64,000 bases of DNA from Bacillota bacterium (lineage in GTDB: Bacteria; Bacillota; DTU065): contig JAQVYS010000002.1 in assembly GCA_028708605.1 (NCBI GenBank), forward strand, positions 82 through 64,081. Direction: 5' to 3'. A program made the position numbers and the translations under genes. Below are positions 1 to 10,746 of the stretch, one piece after another; the first letter of the stretch is position 1; every line of letters begins with the position of its first letter. The notes below the pieces were generated by a model. That model was not told the DNA's origin. It saw only the letters and a program-made list of their open reading frames with translations, and did not search any database.

Positions 1-4
1 ATTC

Positions 5-589
5 CTAAAAAGTATAGAGTTTTTTTGTTTTGATATACTTATAGGCCTCAGGGTGAAGATAGTAACGCACGCTTTTGCCCTCTTTTATTCTTCTCCTAAT
101 ATCACTCGATGATATCCCAATTGGAGGACAATCTATGAGGATAAACTTATCTGCATGAGTTTTAATAAATTCGCTCTCGACATACTCTACTCCAGGTCTT
201 TTTAACCCAACAACCTTGCAGTATTTTACAATCTCCTCAGGGTTCTTCCATGTGTGAAAATCCCGGATCGAATCTGCACCAACTAGAAAATATAGCTCAG
301 CTTGAGGAAACAAGCGGCGTACTTCTTTAATCGATTCATAGGTATAGGCATAACTGCTATGATTGTAATCCCATAGCCCAATTTTGAAGTTTGGATTTTC
401 CCTTATTGAAAGTTCGACAAGAGTAAGTCTATCAAGTGGACTAGCAGTAGCAACTTTTTTATGTGGAGGTACTTTTGCTGGTGCAAAATAGACTTCGTCA
501 AGTTTTAGAGTTTCCAGCGCAATCTCAGCCATAAACAGATGTCCCCAGTGAATAGGGTCGAATGTTCCTCCAAGAATACCTATTCGCAT
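5..589 (-). CDS. nadD: nicotinate-nucleotide adenylyltransferase
   Basis: N-terminal MRIGILGGTFDPIHWGHL is the (H/T)xGH nucleotidyltransferase signature. Length 194 aa, and the position downstream of proBA/obg is typical for nadD. Confidence 0.85.
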   Translation of the reverse strand: MRIGILGGTFDPIHWGHLFMAEIALETLKLDEVYFAPAKVPPHKKVATASPLDRLTLVELSIRENPNFKIGLWDYNHSSYAYTYESIKEVRRLFPQAELYFLVGADSIRDFHTWKNPEEIVKYCKVVGLKRPGVEYVESEFIKTHADKFILIDCPPIGISSSDIRRRIKEGKSVRYYLHPEAYKYIKTKKLYTF

Positions 590-1827
590 CGCACTTGGCC
601 TTCTCCCTCAATGACGTACTTGACTGTGGTAAGTTCATTGATGCCCATTGGGCCTCTCGCATGCATCTTCTGCGTTGAAATCCCTATTTCAGCTCCTAAA
701 CCAAATTCACTACCGTCTGTAAAGCGTGTAGAGGCGTTGACATAGACAGCCGCTGCATCCACTTCCTCTTGAAAGCGTTTGGCGGTAAAGTAGTTGCTGG
801 TTACAATAGCCTCTGAATGCTTACTAGAATATCTATCAATATGCATTAAAGCATCATCTAAGCTTTCTATGACTCTAATTGCTACTACAAGATCTAGATA
901 CTCTGTTTCCCAGTCCACAGTCTCTGCCATTTCGAGTTCTGAGACAAACTGCCTAGCATATGGGCAGCCTTTGACTAGTACGCCACGCTCTTTAAGTTCC
1001 TTATAAATTATCGGTAAAAACTCATTTGCAATGCTCTCGTGGATTAACACCTTTTCAATAGCATTACAGACTCCCGGTCTTTGACATTTGCCATTGATAA
1101 TAATGTTTTTGGCCATGGACAAATCTGCTTCTTTATCAATATAAACGTGACAGTTGCCTACTCCAGTTTCAACAACAGGAACTGTTGCATTATCTGCTAC
1201 AAACCTAATTAAACCAGCACCGCCCCTTGGTATGATTAGGTCTAAAAACTCTCTGAGCTTTACCATCTCAGCTACAATACCACGATCTGTATCTTCAATG
1301 ACCTGTAGAGCCTCTACCGGCAAATTAGATTCCTCAAGTGCAGATCTCAAAACTCTAGCGATAGCAATATTAGAGTTGTTAGCCTCTTTCCCTCCTCTAA
1401 GAACAACGGCGTTACCACTCATCAAACACAAAGCAGCAGCATCAGCTGTTACGTTTGGCCTTGCTTCGTAAATAATACCTATTACCCCGATTGGTACTTG
1501 CACCTTGCGAATTTTTAAACCATTTGGTCTCTTGGTCATGTAGATTTCACGGCCAACTGGGTCTTCAAGGCTTGCCACATCCCTTAGGCCCTCAGCCATC
1601 TTGTCTATGCGCTCGGGAGTCAGTAACAAGCGGTCCTTAAGAGCCTTAGATAGCTCGAGATTGTTTTCCATGTCTATCTTGTTAGCTTTTAAGATAGCTC
1701 CATGAGAGTTTTGCAAAGCATCTGCCATCCTCTTTAGAGCATCGCATTTTTCTGAAGATGACTTAATGGCTAACTTCTTTGCAGATTCGAAAGCCAGTTT
1801 ACTTTTCAAGTATAGTTCAGACATCAA
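580..1827 (-). CDS. proA: gamma-glutamyl phosphate reductase
   Basis: 415 aa with aldehyde-dehydrogenase-fold ProA motifs (…NAIEKVLIHE…, GNCHVYIDK). Its start overlaps the proB stop by 4 bp, giving a proBA operon. Confidence 0.9.
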   Translation of the reverse strand: MMSELYLKSKLAFESAKKLAIKSSSEKCDALKRMADALQNSHGAILKANKIDMENNLELSKALKDRLLLTPERIDKMAEGLRDVASLEDPVGREIYMTKRPNGLKIRKVQVPIGVIGIIYEARPNVTADAAALCLMSGNAVVLRGGKEANNSNIAIARVLRSALEESNLPVEALQVIEDTDRGIVAEMVKLREFLDLIIPRGGAGLIRFVADNATVPVVETGVGNCHVYIDKEADLSMAKNIIINGKCQRPGVCNAIEKVLIHESIANEFLPIIYKELKERGVLVKGCPYARQFVSELEMAETVDWETEYLDLVVAIRVIESLDDALMHIDRYSSKHSEAIVTSNYFTAKRFQEEVDAAAVYVNASTRFTDGSEFGLGAEIGISTQKMHARGPMGINELTTVKYVIEGEGQVRCE

Positions 1828-2801
1828 TCATCTCTCCTTAAAACTACAAGATCGTTGCGGTGAATAGCTACATTACTTTCTTTGCCAATTATCTTTATAG
1901 CCTCACTAGAGCAAAGACCAGCTATTCTACCTAGTTCTTGTGAGCTAAAGCGTGACTGTCCTCTAGCTATTATGATGCCATCTTCATCTTCAACTACAAC
2001 AACGTCACCTTTGGCAAAATCACCTTTAACCTCTAGGACACCATTAGACAAGAGGCTTTTGCCCTGATCCAATAGAGCATCTGCAGCCCCTCTATCAATG
2101 ACAAGAGTACCACTACAATTTGCTCCAAATGCCACCCAACGGCTTTTGCCTCTAAGGGTCTGTTTGTGAGGCTGAAAAAAGGTGCCAATAGGATCACCTT
2201 TTAGAATATTCTTTAGTCGTGGTTGGTTTTTCGAGTGAGTTATTATTGTACTTATACCACTTTTTGCAGCAATATCTGCAGCTAGGAGCTTGGTGTACAT
2301 GCCACCTGTACCTCTTCTAGAACCAGCACCTCTAGCTTTTTCCCAATGTTCATCAGTAAGTAATGGCACTTCCAAGATAAGTTCTGCTTCTTTATCTACT
2401 CTTGGATCTGCAGTGTATAACCCTTCTACGTCTGAAAAAATCACCAAAAGATCAGCTTCGCAAAGCGCCGCAACTTGAGCAGATAAAGTATCATTATCAC
2501 CAAATTTCAGTTCATCCACAACGACTGTATCGTTCTCATTCACTATGGGAATAACGTTTTCATTCAACAAAGTCTCAAAAGTATTCTGTGCATTAACATA
2601 ACGATTACGAATGGCTAAATCTTCTCGAGTAAGGAGAATCTGAGCAACTGTTTTTCCATATTCAGAAAAGAGTTTTTCATATAGATGCATCAAAAGTGGC
2701 TGACCAGTCGCAGCTGCCGCTTGTTTTAGAGGGATCGCCTTTGGTCTTTTATCCCACCCAAGTCTATTCATTCCGGCAGCAATAGCCCCAGAAGATACCA
2801 A
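1824..2801 (-). CDS. proB: glutamate 5-kinase, kinase plus C-terminal PUA domain; annotated start lacks the conserved N-terminus
   Basis: ALVSSGAIAAGM, the amino-acid kinase core and a C-terminal PUA domain are present. The in-frame reading continues upstream to position 2951 (DASIFREVKRIVIKVGTSSLT…), which is the conserved ProB N-terminus, but that stretch has no canonical in-frame start codon. See the finding on the proB start. Confidence 0.85.
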   Translation of the reverse strand: MVSSGAIAAGMNRLGWDKRPKAIPLKQAAAATGQPLLMHLYEKLFSEYGKTVAQILLTREDLAIRNRYVNAQNTFETLLNENVIPIVNENDTVVVDELKFGDNDTLSAQVAALCEADLLVIFSDVEGLYTADPRVDKEAELILEVPLLTDEHWEKARGAGSRRGTGGMYTKLLAADIAAKSGISTIITHSKNQPRLKNILKGDPIGTFFQPHKQTLRGKSRWVAFGANCSGTLVIDRGAADALLDQGKSLLSNGVLEVKGDFAKGDVVVVEDEDGIIIARGQSRFSSQELGRIAGLCSSEAIKIIGKESNVAIHRNDLVVLRRDD

Positions 2802-2969
2802 AGCTACTTGAAGACCTGAATTACTTAAATCACTAATCGCCCTAACTAGAATTTCACAGGCGCCAAGGTTTAGATTGCCATTTTCATAGGTTAGACTACT
2901 TGTTCCTACTTTGATTACTATACGTTTTACTTCACGGAAGATACTCGCATCTCATAGCAATGCCCCCAA

Positions 2970-4253
<1,284 letters not shown>

Positions 4254-4347
4254 CTAAGTAATAGCTTAGGTAGGATGCAATAATTCTTTCTCCCCCTTTA
4301 ACTCTGCCCATCAAAGAGAAGGTCTCTCTGATCTTCCAGATTGATAA

Positions 4348-4794
4348 TCAGTGTTTTTTTCTTAGGCGATAGGCTGAGCTTACTATTGCTAGACCAAAAG
4401 CAATAGCTCCTGAAATAAGCAACGTAATAGCTGCTTCATCGATACCGTTAAGATTATCGCCATTTAAAAAATATTCCATACTACGATAGACTCTCATCCC
4501 AGGTACTAAAGGTATTATACCCGGAACAGCTATTGTAGTAGCCGGAGTTTTAAGTCGCCTTGAAGACACCTCTGCCACAAAGGAAACCATTGCTGAGGCG
4601 ATAAATGTAGCCATAATTGTACCAGAATTTGGTAAAACTAACAAATAAGCCATCCACCCTGCTGCACCAGTTAGAGCTGCGACCAGCAAAGAAGGTGGGG
4701 GAATTTTAAAAATTACTGCAAAACCACCAGAGGCAATGGCTGATGCTAAAAATTGGAGAATCAGATCATGTCCGTTCATTCCTATAACCTCCAA
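4348..4794 (-). CDS. threonine/serine exporter family protein, small subunit (ThrE_2 / DUF3815-like)
   Basis: 148-aa polytopic membrane protein that overlaps the upstream DUF1212-like gene. A split ThrE-type exporter is usually arranged this way. Confidence 0.5.
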   Translation of the reverse strand: MEVIGMNGHDLILQFLASAIASGGFAVIFKIPPPSLLVAALTGAAGWMAYLLVLPNSGTIMATFIASAMVSFVAEVSSRRLKTPATTIAVPGIIPLVPGMRVYRSMEYFLNGDNLNGIDEAAITLLISGAIAFGLAIVSSAYRLRKKH

Positions 4795-5531
4795 AGTCCA
4801 ACAGCAACAGCTGAGCCTGCTGCTAGTGCTGCTGCTATAGCTACCGCCTCAACAACCCTACTTGTTCCTGAAAGTAGTTCCCCTTGAACTAGATCTCGGA
4901 CTGCCGACGCCATGGCTACTCCAGGTACTAAAATCATTAAACCTCCTACAGTAACAAGAGGCATACTGATATTTGGAACAAAACTCCTTACTGTGTACAC
5001 ACCGTTTGCTACCAAGAAAGCAGCTGCAAAACTTCGTAAGTAGGGATTTGCATTAAATCTCGACAAAAGTAAGTCTACTAAATAAGCTATCAGACCTGCG
5101 CCAGCTGCAATTATTAGTTCATATTGCCTACCTCCTAACATAAAGGTAAGACAGGCAGAAGCAACCATTACTGCAAAATATCTGATAAAAGTATTGTAAA
5201 TTGGTCCACGTAGTTCTTGTAGTCTTAACTTAGTCTGCTCTAAGGTTAAAGAGCCCATAGCAAGTTCCCTTGAAATTTGATTGACACCAGCAATTCTGCC
5301 TAGGTCTTGGTTACGGGAACGAATTCTGCGAATTCGAGTTAGAAAGTAACCATCTTTTGCAACAGTTACCATAATACCAGTCGGAGTAACATAAGCTTCT
5401 ACTGAGTATCCTAAAGACTTACCCATTCTTTCCATGGTCTCTTCGGCTCTGTAAACTTCCGCTCCAGAGGTTAGCAGCAGTTCACCTGCTGTCATAATAA
5501 CATTCATAACCTCGTTCTGCATCGGCCCCAT
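4782..5531 (-). CDS. threonine/serine exporter family protein (ThrE N-terminal / DUF1212-like)
   Basis: 249 aa with a cytoplasmic N-terminal domain followed by TM helices. It is paired with the 148-aa membrane protein downstream. Confidence 0.5.
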   Translation of the reverse strand: MGPMQNEVMNVIMTAGELLLTSGAEVYRAEETMERMGKSLGYSVEAYVTPTGIMVTVAKDGYFLTRIRRIRSRNQDLGRIAGVNQISRELAMGSLTLEQTKLRLQELRGPIYNTFIRYFAVMVASACLTFMLGGRQYELIIAAGAGLIAYLVDLLLSRFNANPYLRSFAAAFLVANGVYTVRSFVPNISMPLVTVGGLMILVPGVAMASAVRDLVQGELLSGTSRVVEAVAIAAALAAGSAVAVGLWRL

Positions 5532-5540
5532 CCCCTTTTC

Positions 5541-5575
5541 AAAAAAGCCCTCCGGGATATCCCGAAGGGCTTAAT
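5541..5575 (-). terminator. rho-independent terminator downstream of rpmA
   Basis: On the minus strand: AAGCCCTTCGGGATATCCCGGAGGGCTTTTTTGAAAAGG. A GC-rich stem is followed by a T-run. Confidence 0.55.
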
Positions 5576-5593
5576 TATCAAGTGCAGCTTACC

Positions 5594-5887
5594 TTACTCG
5601 GCTAATGCATATACACTAACCTTTTTACCATCCTTGCCCTTTGGTTCAAAGGTCACATAGCCATCAATGAGTGAATAGATTGTATGATCTCTACCAAGTC
5701 CTACATTCACGCCTGGGTAGAACTTAGTTCCTCTCTGTCTAATAAGGATGCTCCCAGCTGTTACTTGCTCGCCACCGAACTTCTTAACACCCAAGCGTTT
5801 AGATTGGGAATCACGACCGTTCTTGGAGCTACCAACACCTTTTTTGGATGCAAAAAATTGAAGATTAATACGGAGCATACCTAACAC
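5594..5887 (-). CDS. rpmA: 50S ribosomal protein L27 with the Firmicutes N-terminal propeptide
   Basis: [35 protein letters not shown]… The LQFF/ASKKG Prp cleavage motif sits ahead of the conserved L27 core. Confidence 0.92.
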   Translation of the reverse strand: MLGMLRINLQFFASKKGVGSSKNGRDSQSKRLGVKKFGGEQVTAGSILIRQRGTKFYPGVNVGLGRDHTIYSLIDGYVTFEPKGKDGKKVSVYALAE

Positions 5888-6216
5888 CTCCTCACTGTGT
5901 CTAATTTCACATATTTCTGATAGCTATCTGCTAAATCCTCTAAAGCCCACACTAAGGATTGAAGAATTGTTTCTGTTCTTAGGGTTTGCTCTTCAGTCAT
6001 TTCAGACCATTTCGGGATTATAGCAAAAGCTGTTTGTTTTACATCTTGTTTAATCTCTGCAGGTATTTTGTATCTCTCTAGAGCCATACCTGCTGCAAAA
6101 GACAAGCTCGATATACCAGCACATACAATGTCTTCACCTTTTTGGGCAAAGCCAGCATGGCCTGTGATCTCAATCTGCTTTATTGTCTCGTCTCTGACTA
6201 CTAAAATCTTAGTCAT
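5881..6216 (-). CDS. prp: ribosomal-processing cysteine protease Prp (YsxB)
   Basis: 111 aa lying between rplU and rpmA, with the conserved …[18 protein letters not shown]… Cys/His dyad region. Confidence 0.8.
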   Translation of the reverse strand: MTKILVVRDETIKQIEITGHAGFAQKGEDIVCAGISSLSFAAGMALERYKIPAEIKQDVKQTAFAIIPKWSEMTEEQTLRTETILQSLVWALEDLADSYQKYVKLDTVRRC

Positions 6217-6542
6217 TAGCCTACAATTGATGTGATCTTCAATTCTGTATAAGGTTGACGATGACCTTGCTTTTTCCGGTAGTTTTTCTTGGCTTTATAC
6301 TTAAAGACAATAATCTTTTTGCCTTTGCCAGTTTTGACTACCTCAGCGGTAACTTTTGCTCCTTCAACTAAAGGAGTACCTACCTTAGTTTCATCTCCAC
6401 CGATAAGAAGCACTTGATCTAAATCCACTACAGCACCAGGTTCTGCATCGAGTTTTTCAACTCTGATAGAATCTCCTTCAGTTACTGTATATTGCTTCCC
6501 ACCTGTTTGTATGACTGCATACTTCAACCTGTCCACCTCCAT
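6216..6542 (-). CDS. rplU: 50S ribosomal protein L21
   Basis: [24 protein letters not shown]… is the canonical L21 N-terminus. 108 aa. Confidence 0.92.
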   Translation of the reverse strand: MEVDRLKYAVIQTGGKQYTVTEGDSIRVEKLDAEPGAVVDLDQVLLIGGDETKVGTPLVEGAKVTAEVVKTGKGKKIIVFKYKAKKNYRKKQGHRQPYTELKITSIVG

Positions 6543-6705
6543 TCTCTTAGACTCGCCAAATCAAGGCGCGCAACAAATTGCGTCTTAAAGCCCTACCTGA
6601 GCGGTTTTGAGCAACAGGTTGCTACTCACTTCTGTTAGTATATCATCTAAAAACCAGGTTGTAAATAACCCTAATTTGCATTTCTTCATGCTCTACCTAA
6701 GTTTC
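6543..6705 (-). promoter_or_regulatory. 5' leader/promoter of rplU-prp-rpmA (possible L21 ribosomal leader)
   Basis: About 160 nt of untranslated sequence upstream of rplU. Firmicutes carry an L21 leader here, but I cannot verify its structure by eye. Confidence 0.25.
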
Positions 6706-6709
6706 TATC

Positions 6710-8149
6710 CTAAACCGGAAAAATCTGATATTCAGATAACCTACTTTCACCTGTAGGTTCAAATCTAAGTTTTACCTTTAACCTATCTTGTAGTTCCTCT
6801 AAGTCGTCCACAAGCTCTTTTATCTTAGCAATTACTTTCGGGTGTGCTTTTATTATAAACTCTACGCTACTGCTGTGTAATACACTGTTTTTTAGATCTC
6901 TGACGAGACTAAGTGAAATAGTCTCTTCATCTAATATCCTACCAGTTCCACTACACTCTGGGCACCTTTTTTGCAGAGTCGTGCTTAGGTCATGGCTGGT
7001 TTTTTGTCTGGTCATCTCCAAAAGACCCAGGGCAGTAAAGCCTAATATATTCGTACGAGTTCGATCTTTTTTTAGACACTCTTCCAATCTTTGACGCACT
7101 TTTTCTTTATCAGCAGGGTTTTCCATATCAATAAAATCAATGATGATTATGCCGCCTATATTACGGAGGCGAAGTTGCCTTGCTATCTCTTCAGCAGCCT
7201 CTAGATTGGTTGTAAGAACTGTGTTTTTTAGGGAATCCTTGCCGGTAAATTTACCCGTATTGACATCAATAATGGCTAAGGCCTCAGTCTGGTCGAAAAT
7301 TAAAAACCCACCGCAGTCGAGCCAGATTTTGTGTCTTAGCGCTTTGTCTATTTCGTTTTCAATCCCATAGTACAAAAACATTGGTTCCTTACCAGAGTAA
7401 AGGCTGATATTGATCTTTAACTTTCCATCTTTATCAATTAGGCCTTCTCTCAGTTTTACTGCCTCTTGATCGGAGTCCACAATTATCTCTTCAATATCAC
7501 TACCTAGAAGATTTCTAACAACTCTAAAGGTCATATCGTCATCAGAAAAAAGCAAAGCAGGAGCTTTCGATTTGTAAGCCTTCTTTTCAATCTCACGCCA
7601 GATTTCTAGAAGCCAATCTAAATCCTGTTTAAGCTTATTAGAGTCTGCCCCATCTGCAGCAGTTCTAATTATTAAACCCACATTATCTGGTTTTATTTCT
7701 TCCGCAATAGTCTTTAGCCTGTCTCTCTCATCATCATCTTCAATCCTTCTAGAGATACCAATACTATTTTCTCCTGGCATCAGAACCAGATAACGCCCTG
7801 GGATAGTAAGAGATGAAGTTACTTTAGCACCTTTTGAGCCCATAGCTTCTTTTTTTATTTGAACCAAAATTTCTTGGCCTGGATGAATGAGCTTTTGAAT
7901 CTTTTTAGGGCCGCCTTTTTCGTGATCAATATCTCCAGCATGAATAAACGCGTTTTTTTCATTACCAATATTGATAAATGCTGCATCCATTCCTGGCAAA
8001 ACATTGCTAACTTTACCTTTATAAATACTACCAAAGGCAGCATCCTTATCTAAGGTCCTCTCAACATATAGCTCAACTAGCCTGGAATTCTCTGTTACAG
8101 CTACTCTTTTTTCTTTATAGCCGACATTTATTAAAATTTTCTTGCTCAT
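6710..8149 (-). CDS. rng: ribonuclease G/E family endoribonuclease (S1 plus catalytic domain, no C-terminal scaffold)
   Basis: 479 aa. An S1 domain (…FGSIYKGKVSNVLPGMDAAFINIG…) is followed by the RNase E/G catalytic core (…GGIIIIDFIDM…). Confidence 0.8.
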   Translation of the reverse strand: MSKKILINVGYKEKRVAVTENSRLVELYVERTLDKDAAFGSIYKGKVSNVLPGMDAAFINIGNEKNAFIHAGDIDHEKGGPKKIQKLIHPGQEILVQIKKEAMGSKGAKVTSSLTIPGRYLVLMPGENSIGISRRIEDDDERDRLKTIAEEIKPDNVGLIIRTAADGADSNKLKQDLDWLLEIWREIEKKAYKSKAPALLFSDDDMTFRVVRNLLGSDIEEIIVDSDQEAVKLREGLIDKDGKLKINISLYSGKEPMFLYYGIENEIDKALRHKIWLDCGGFLIFDQTEALAIIDVNTGKFTGKDSLKNTVLTTNLEAAEEIARQLRLRNIGGIIIIDFIDMENPADKEKVRQRLEECLKKDRTRTNILGFTALGLLEMTRQKTSHDLSTTLQKRCPECSGTGRILDEETISLSLVRDLKNSVLHSSSVEFIIKAHPKVIAKIKELVDDLEELQDRLKVKLRFEPTGESRLSEYQIFPV

Positions 8150-8165
8150 TTGGAGTCATCTCCCA

Positions 8166-8801
8166 TCAAGAGCGCATTAAGGGCGTTATAAAGCAACCTT
8201 CTTTTTCAATATAAATATCCTCTCGGTGGATTCTAGTCTGTGCACTTATCTCAAGAGCACTTAAAATAGCACTAGGCCTCACGTTCTTTTGACTTCCTGC
8301 TCTAGCTATAATTCTTACGCCAGATGCAGTTTTTTCGATTAAGCTGATATGAGGCTTAAGATCCTCTGCTACTACTTTACCTTTTTTCGTTCTAGTATAA
8401 ATTAGACTATCCAAAAAATTAATCTCAAGTAATCGTTCTTCTTCCTGGTTCTGGAAAACATAACTGGCATGGGTAATCGCAGCCATGGCAGGAGTAACAC
8501 TATCTGGTAGATTAACAACGTCGTAGAGGGGGAAATGCTCAGGCAATGCTTCCTTTAGACGCTGAAAGATCACTTCCGAGGGAAGTTCCTTTTCCAATGT
8601 TACATCAAGATACTCTCCTGAACTGGTAATACCAACGCCTAGAGCATGCGCAAAAACCATTTTTGGCCTAGGAGAAAAGCCTTGAGTAAAACTTAATGGT
8701 AGGCTGGCTCTTCGCATCGCTCTTTCGAAAACCCTAATTAAATCTAAGTGCGAAACAAAAGCTGCACTACTGTCCTTGCCAAATTTTACGCAGGTAATCA
8801 T
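8166..8801 (-). CDS. DUF2344 (TIGR03936) radical-SAM-linked protein
   Basis: 211 aa, MITCVKFGKDSSAAFVSHLDLIRVFERAMRRASLPLSFTQGFSPRPK… It overlaps the stop of the TIGR03960 radical SAM gene by 4 bp. Confidence 0.7.
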   Translation of the reverse strand: MITCVKFGKDSSAAFVSHLDLIRVFERAMRRASLPLSFTQGFSPRPKMVFAHALGVGITSSGEYLDVTLEKELPSEVIFQRLKEALPEHFPLYDVVNLPDSVTPAMAAITHASYVFQNQEEERLLEINFLDSLIYTRTKKGKVVAEDLKPHISLIEKTASGVRIIARAGSQKNVRPSAILSALEISAQTRIHREDIYIEKEGCFITPLMRS

Positions 8802-10630
8802 TTGTTAATCTCACCTCGCAAAACAATATCCACATCCAAATCACGGCAGACTCCGCAACCTGTACAACCTACATCCCTACAATCTTGCGTAATCTCGCCT
8901 TGTAGAGCCTTTTGCCACTCGCTCCAAAGAAAATGTTTATTTACCCCAGAATCGATTAGATCCCATGGTAAAACCTCCTCTTTAGCTTTGGCTCTTGTAG
9001 CATAAAAATCTGGATCGATATCAAAAACTTTAAAGCCCTCTTCCCATATCTCTGGTTTGAAAAACTCATGCCAACTATCAAAGAATGCACCACGCTCTTC
9101 TGCATAGGCAATAACAGCCGAGAGCCTACGATCTCCTCTAGCAAAAACTGCCTCAAGATACGATGCTTCAGGATCGCTCCAGTTAAATTGGAGCCCCGGA
9201 CCTCTTAAATTATCTTTTAAGAGAAATTGCTTTCTTCTAAGTTCATCCCTTGTTTCTTGGTCAAACCATTGAAACGGAGTATGGCTCTTTGGCACAAAAG
9301 ACGACGTAGATACAGTAACCATTCCTTTTTTAGTGTAACGTCTGCCGATCTCACGGACCTTTTTACCTAAAGCTGCAATAGCTAAGATATCCTCATCAGT
9401 CTCTGTGGGAAGACCAATCATAAAATAAAGTTTAATATGAGTCCAACCATTCGCAAAAGCTGCTTCTGCAGTATCTAATAGATCCTTTTCAGTTACGTTT
9501 TTATTGATCAGATCTCTTAGTCTCTGGCTACCTGCTTCTGGAGCAAAGGTTAAACCTGTCTTTTTAACTTTCTCGATCTCTTTAGCGAGATCTACTGAAA
9601 AACTATCTATACGCAGTGATGGCAAAGATAGAGAAATACGCTCTGGTTCGAATATATCCATTAGATCCGGTACAAGGCACTTAAGTTCTGAATAGTCGGC
9701 TGTAGATAAGCTTGTTAGTGAAACTTCCTCGTAACCAGTAGTTGCTAAAGTCGAAAAGATTAGTTTCTTTACCTTTTCTGTCGATCTTTCTCTTGTAGGT
9801 CGATAGATCATACCCGCTTGGCAAAACCTACAACCTCTTAAACAACCTCTAAAAACCTCCACATTCACTCTGTCGTGGACAGTTTGAATATAGGGTACAA
9901 CTGGATCTGTGGGATAGTCAGCAAGGTCAAGATCCTTGACCACAGCTTTTTTGACTCTCTTTTGAGGAGAGATAGCTTTAATTGTATCATCTTCGTTATA
10001 TAAAACAGTATATTGATCGGGGAGATATACTCCAGGTAATTTAGAAAAAAGTTCTAGTCTTTTAGCTTTAGATTTTTCTTTTTTTAATATGTCAAGAATC
10101 TCAGCAAAGACCTCTTCTCCATCACCGATTACAAATGCATCAAAAAAATCTGCTAGAGGCTCTGGATTAAATGCACAGGGCCCGCCTGCTATCACCAAAG
10201 GGTCTGAATCTTTGCGGTTTTTTCTCCAAACATCTAGATCAGCGAGACGCAGCATGTGCAAAATATTGGTATAGCTGAGCTCATACTGCAAAGTAAACCC
10301 GATAAGATCCATTGCTTTTAGAGGGGTTGAACTCTCTAGTGTCAAAAGGGGAACTTGTTCTTCTTTCATTACCTTTTCCATATCAGGCCACGGAGCAAAT
10401 ACGCGCTCTGCCCAATACTCTGGTTTTTTGTTAGCGATATGGTAGAGAATTTTTAGCCCAAAATGGCTCATACCCACCTCATACACATCGGGAAAAGCGA
10501 GGCAAACGCGTGCGGACAATTTTTCAAGGTCATTTTCCTTATGGACAGAATTTAGTTCTGCGCCGATATAACGACCTGGTTTTTCAATTTTATCTAGATA
10601 TCTCTCACAGAGATCCTGGTAAGTTAGCAC
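8798..10630 (-). CDS. B12-binding-domain radical SAM protein (TIGR03960 family)
   Basis: 610 aa. It has the CxxxCxxC-type cluster region (…FRGCLRGCRFCQAG…) and an N-terminal B12-like domain, with the conserved DUF2344 partner downstream. Confidence 0.75.
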   Translation of the reverse strand: MLTYQDLCERYLDKIEKPGRYIGAELNSVHKENDLEKLSARVCLAFPDVYEVGMSHFGLKILYHIANKKPEYWAERVFAPWPDMEKVMKEEQVPLLTLESSTPLKAMDLIGFTLQYELSYTNILHMLRLADLDVWRKNRKDSDPLVIAGGPCAFNPEPLADFFDAFVIGDGEEVFAEILDILKKEKSKAKRLELFSKLPGVYLPDQYTVLYNEDDTIKAISPQKRVKKAVVKDLDLADYPTDPVVPYIQTVHDRVNVEVFRGCLRGCRFCQAGMIYRPTRERSTEKVKKLIFSTLATTGYEEVSLTSLSTADYSELKCLVPDLMDIFEPERISLSLPSLRIDSFSVDLAKEIEKVKKTGLTFAPEAGSQRLRDLINKNVTEKDLLDTAEAAFANGWTHIKLYFMIGLPTETDEDILAIAALGKKVREIGRRYTKKGMVTVSTSSFVPKSHTPFQWFDQETRDELRRKQFLLKDNLRGPGLQFNWSDPEASYLEAVFARGDRRLSAVIAYAEERGAFFDSWHEFFKPEIWEEGFKVFDIDPDFYATRAKAKEEVLPWDLIDSGVNKHFLWSEWQKALQGEITQDCRDVGCTGCGVCRDLDVDIVLRGEINK

Positions 10631-10746
10631 CTTTTTGCTCCTTTCTAAAAAACAGAAAATACAAACACCAAAAGACCACTCCAGTAACTATAACTCAGGA
10701 TTGGTCTTTTGTTAACCTTCATTACCTATTATTTTAAGTAATATAC

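Noticed and set aside
10631-10746. Hairpin AAGACCACTCCAGTAACTATAACTCAGGATTGGTCTT between the radical SAM gene and rodA, as a terminator or regulatory element.
   Set aside because: It has only a 7-bp stem with a 23-nt loop and weak T-tails. That is insufficient to call it.
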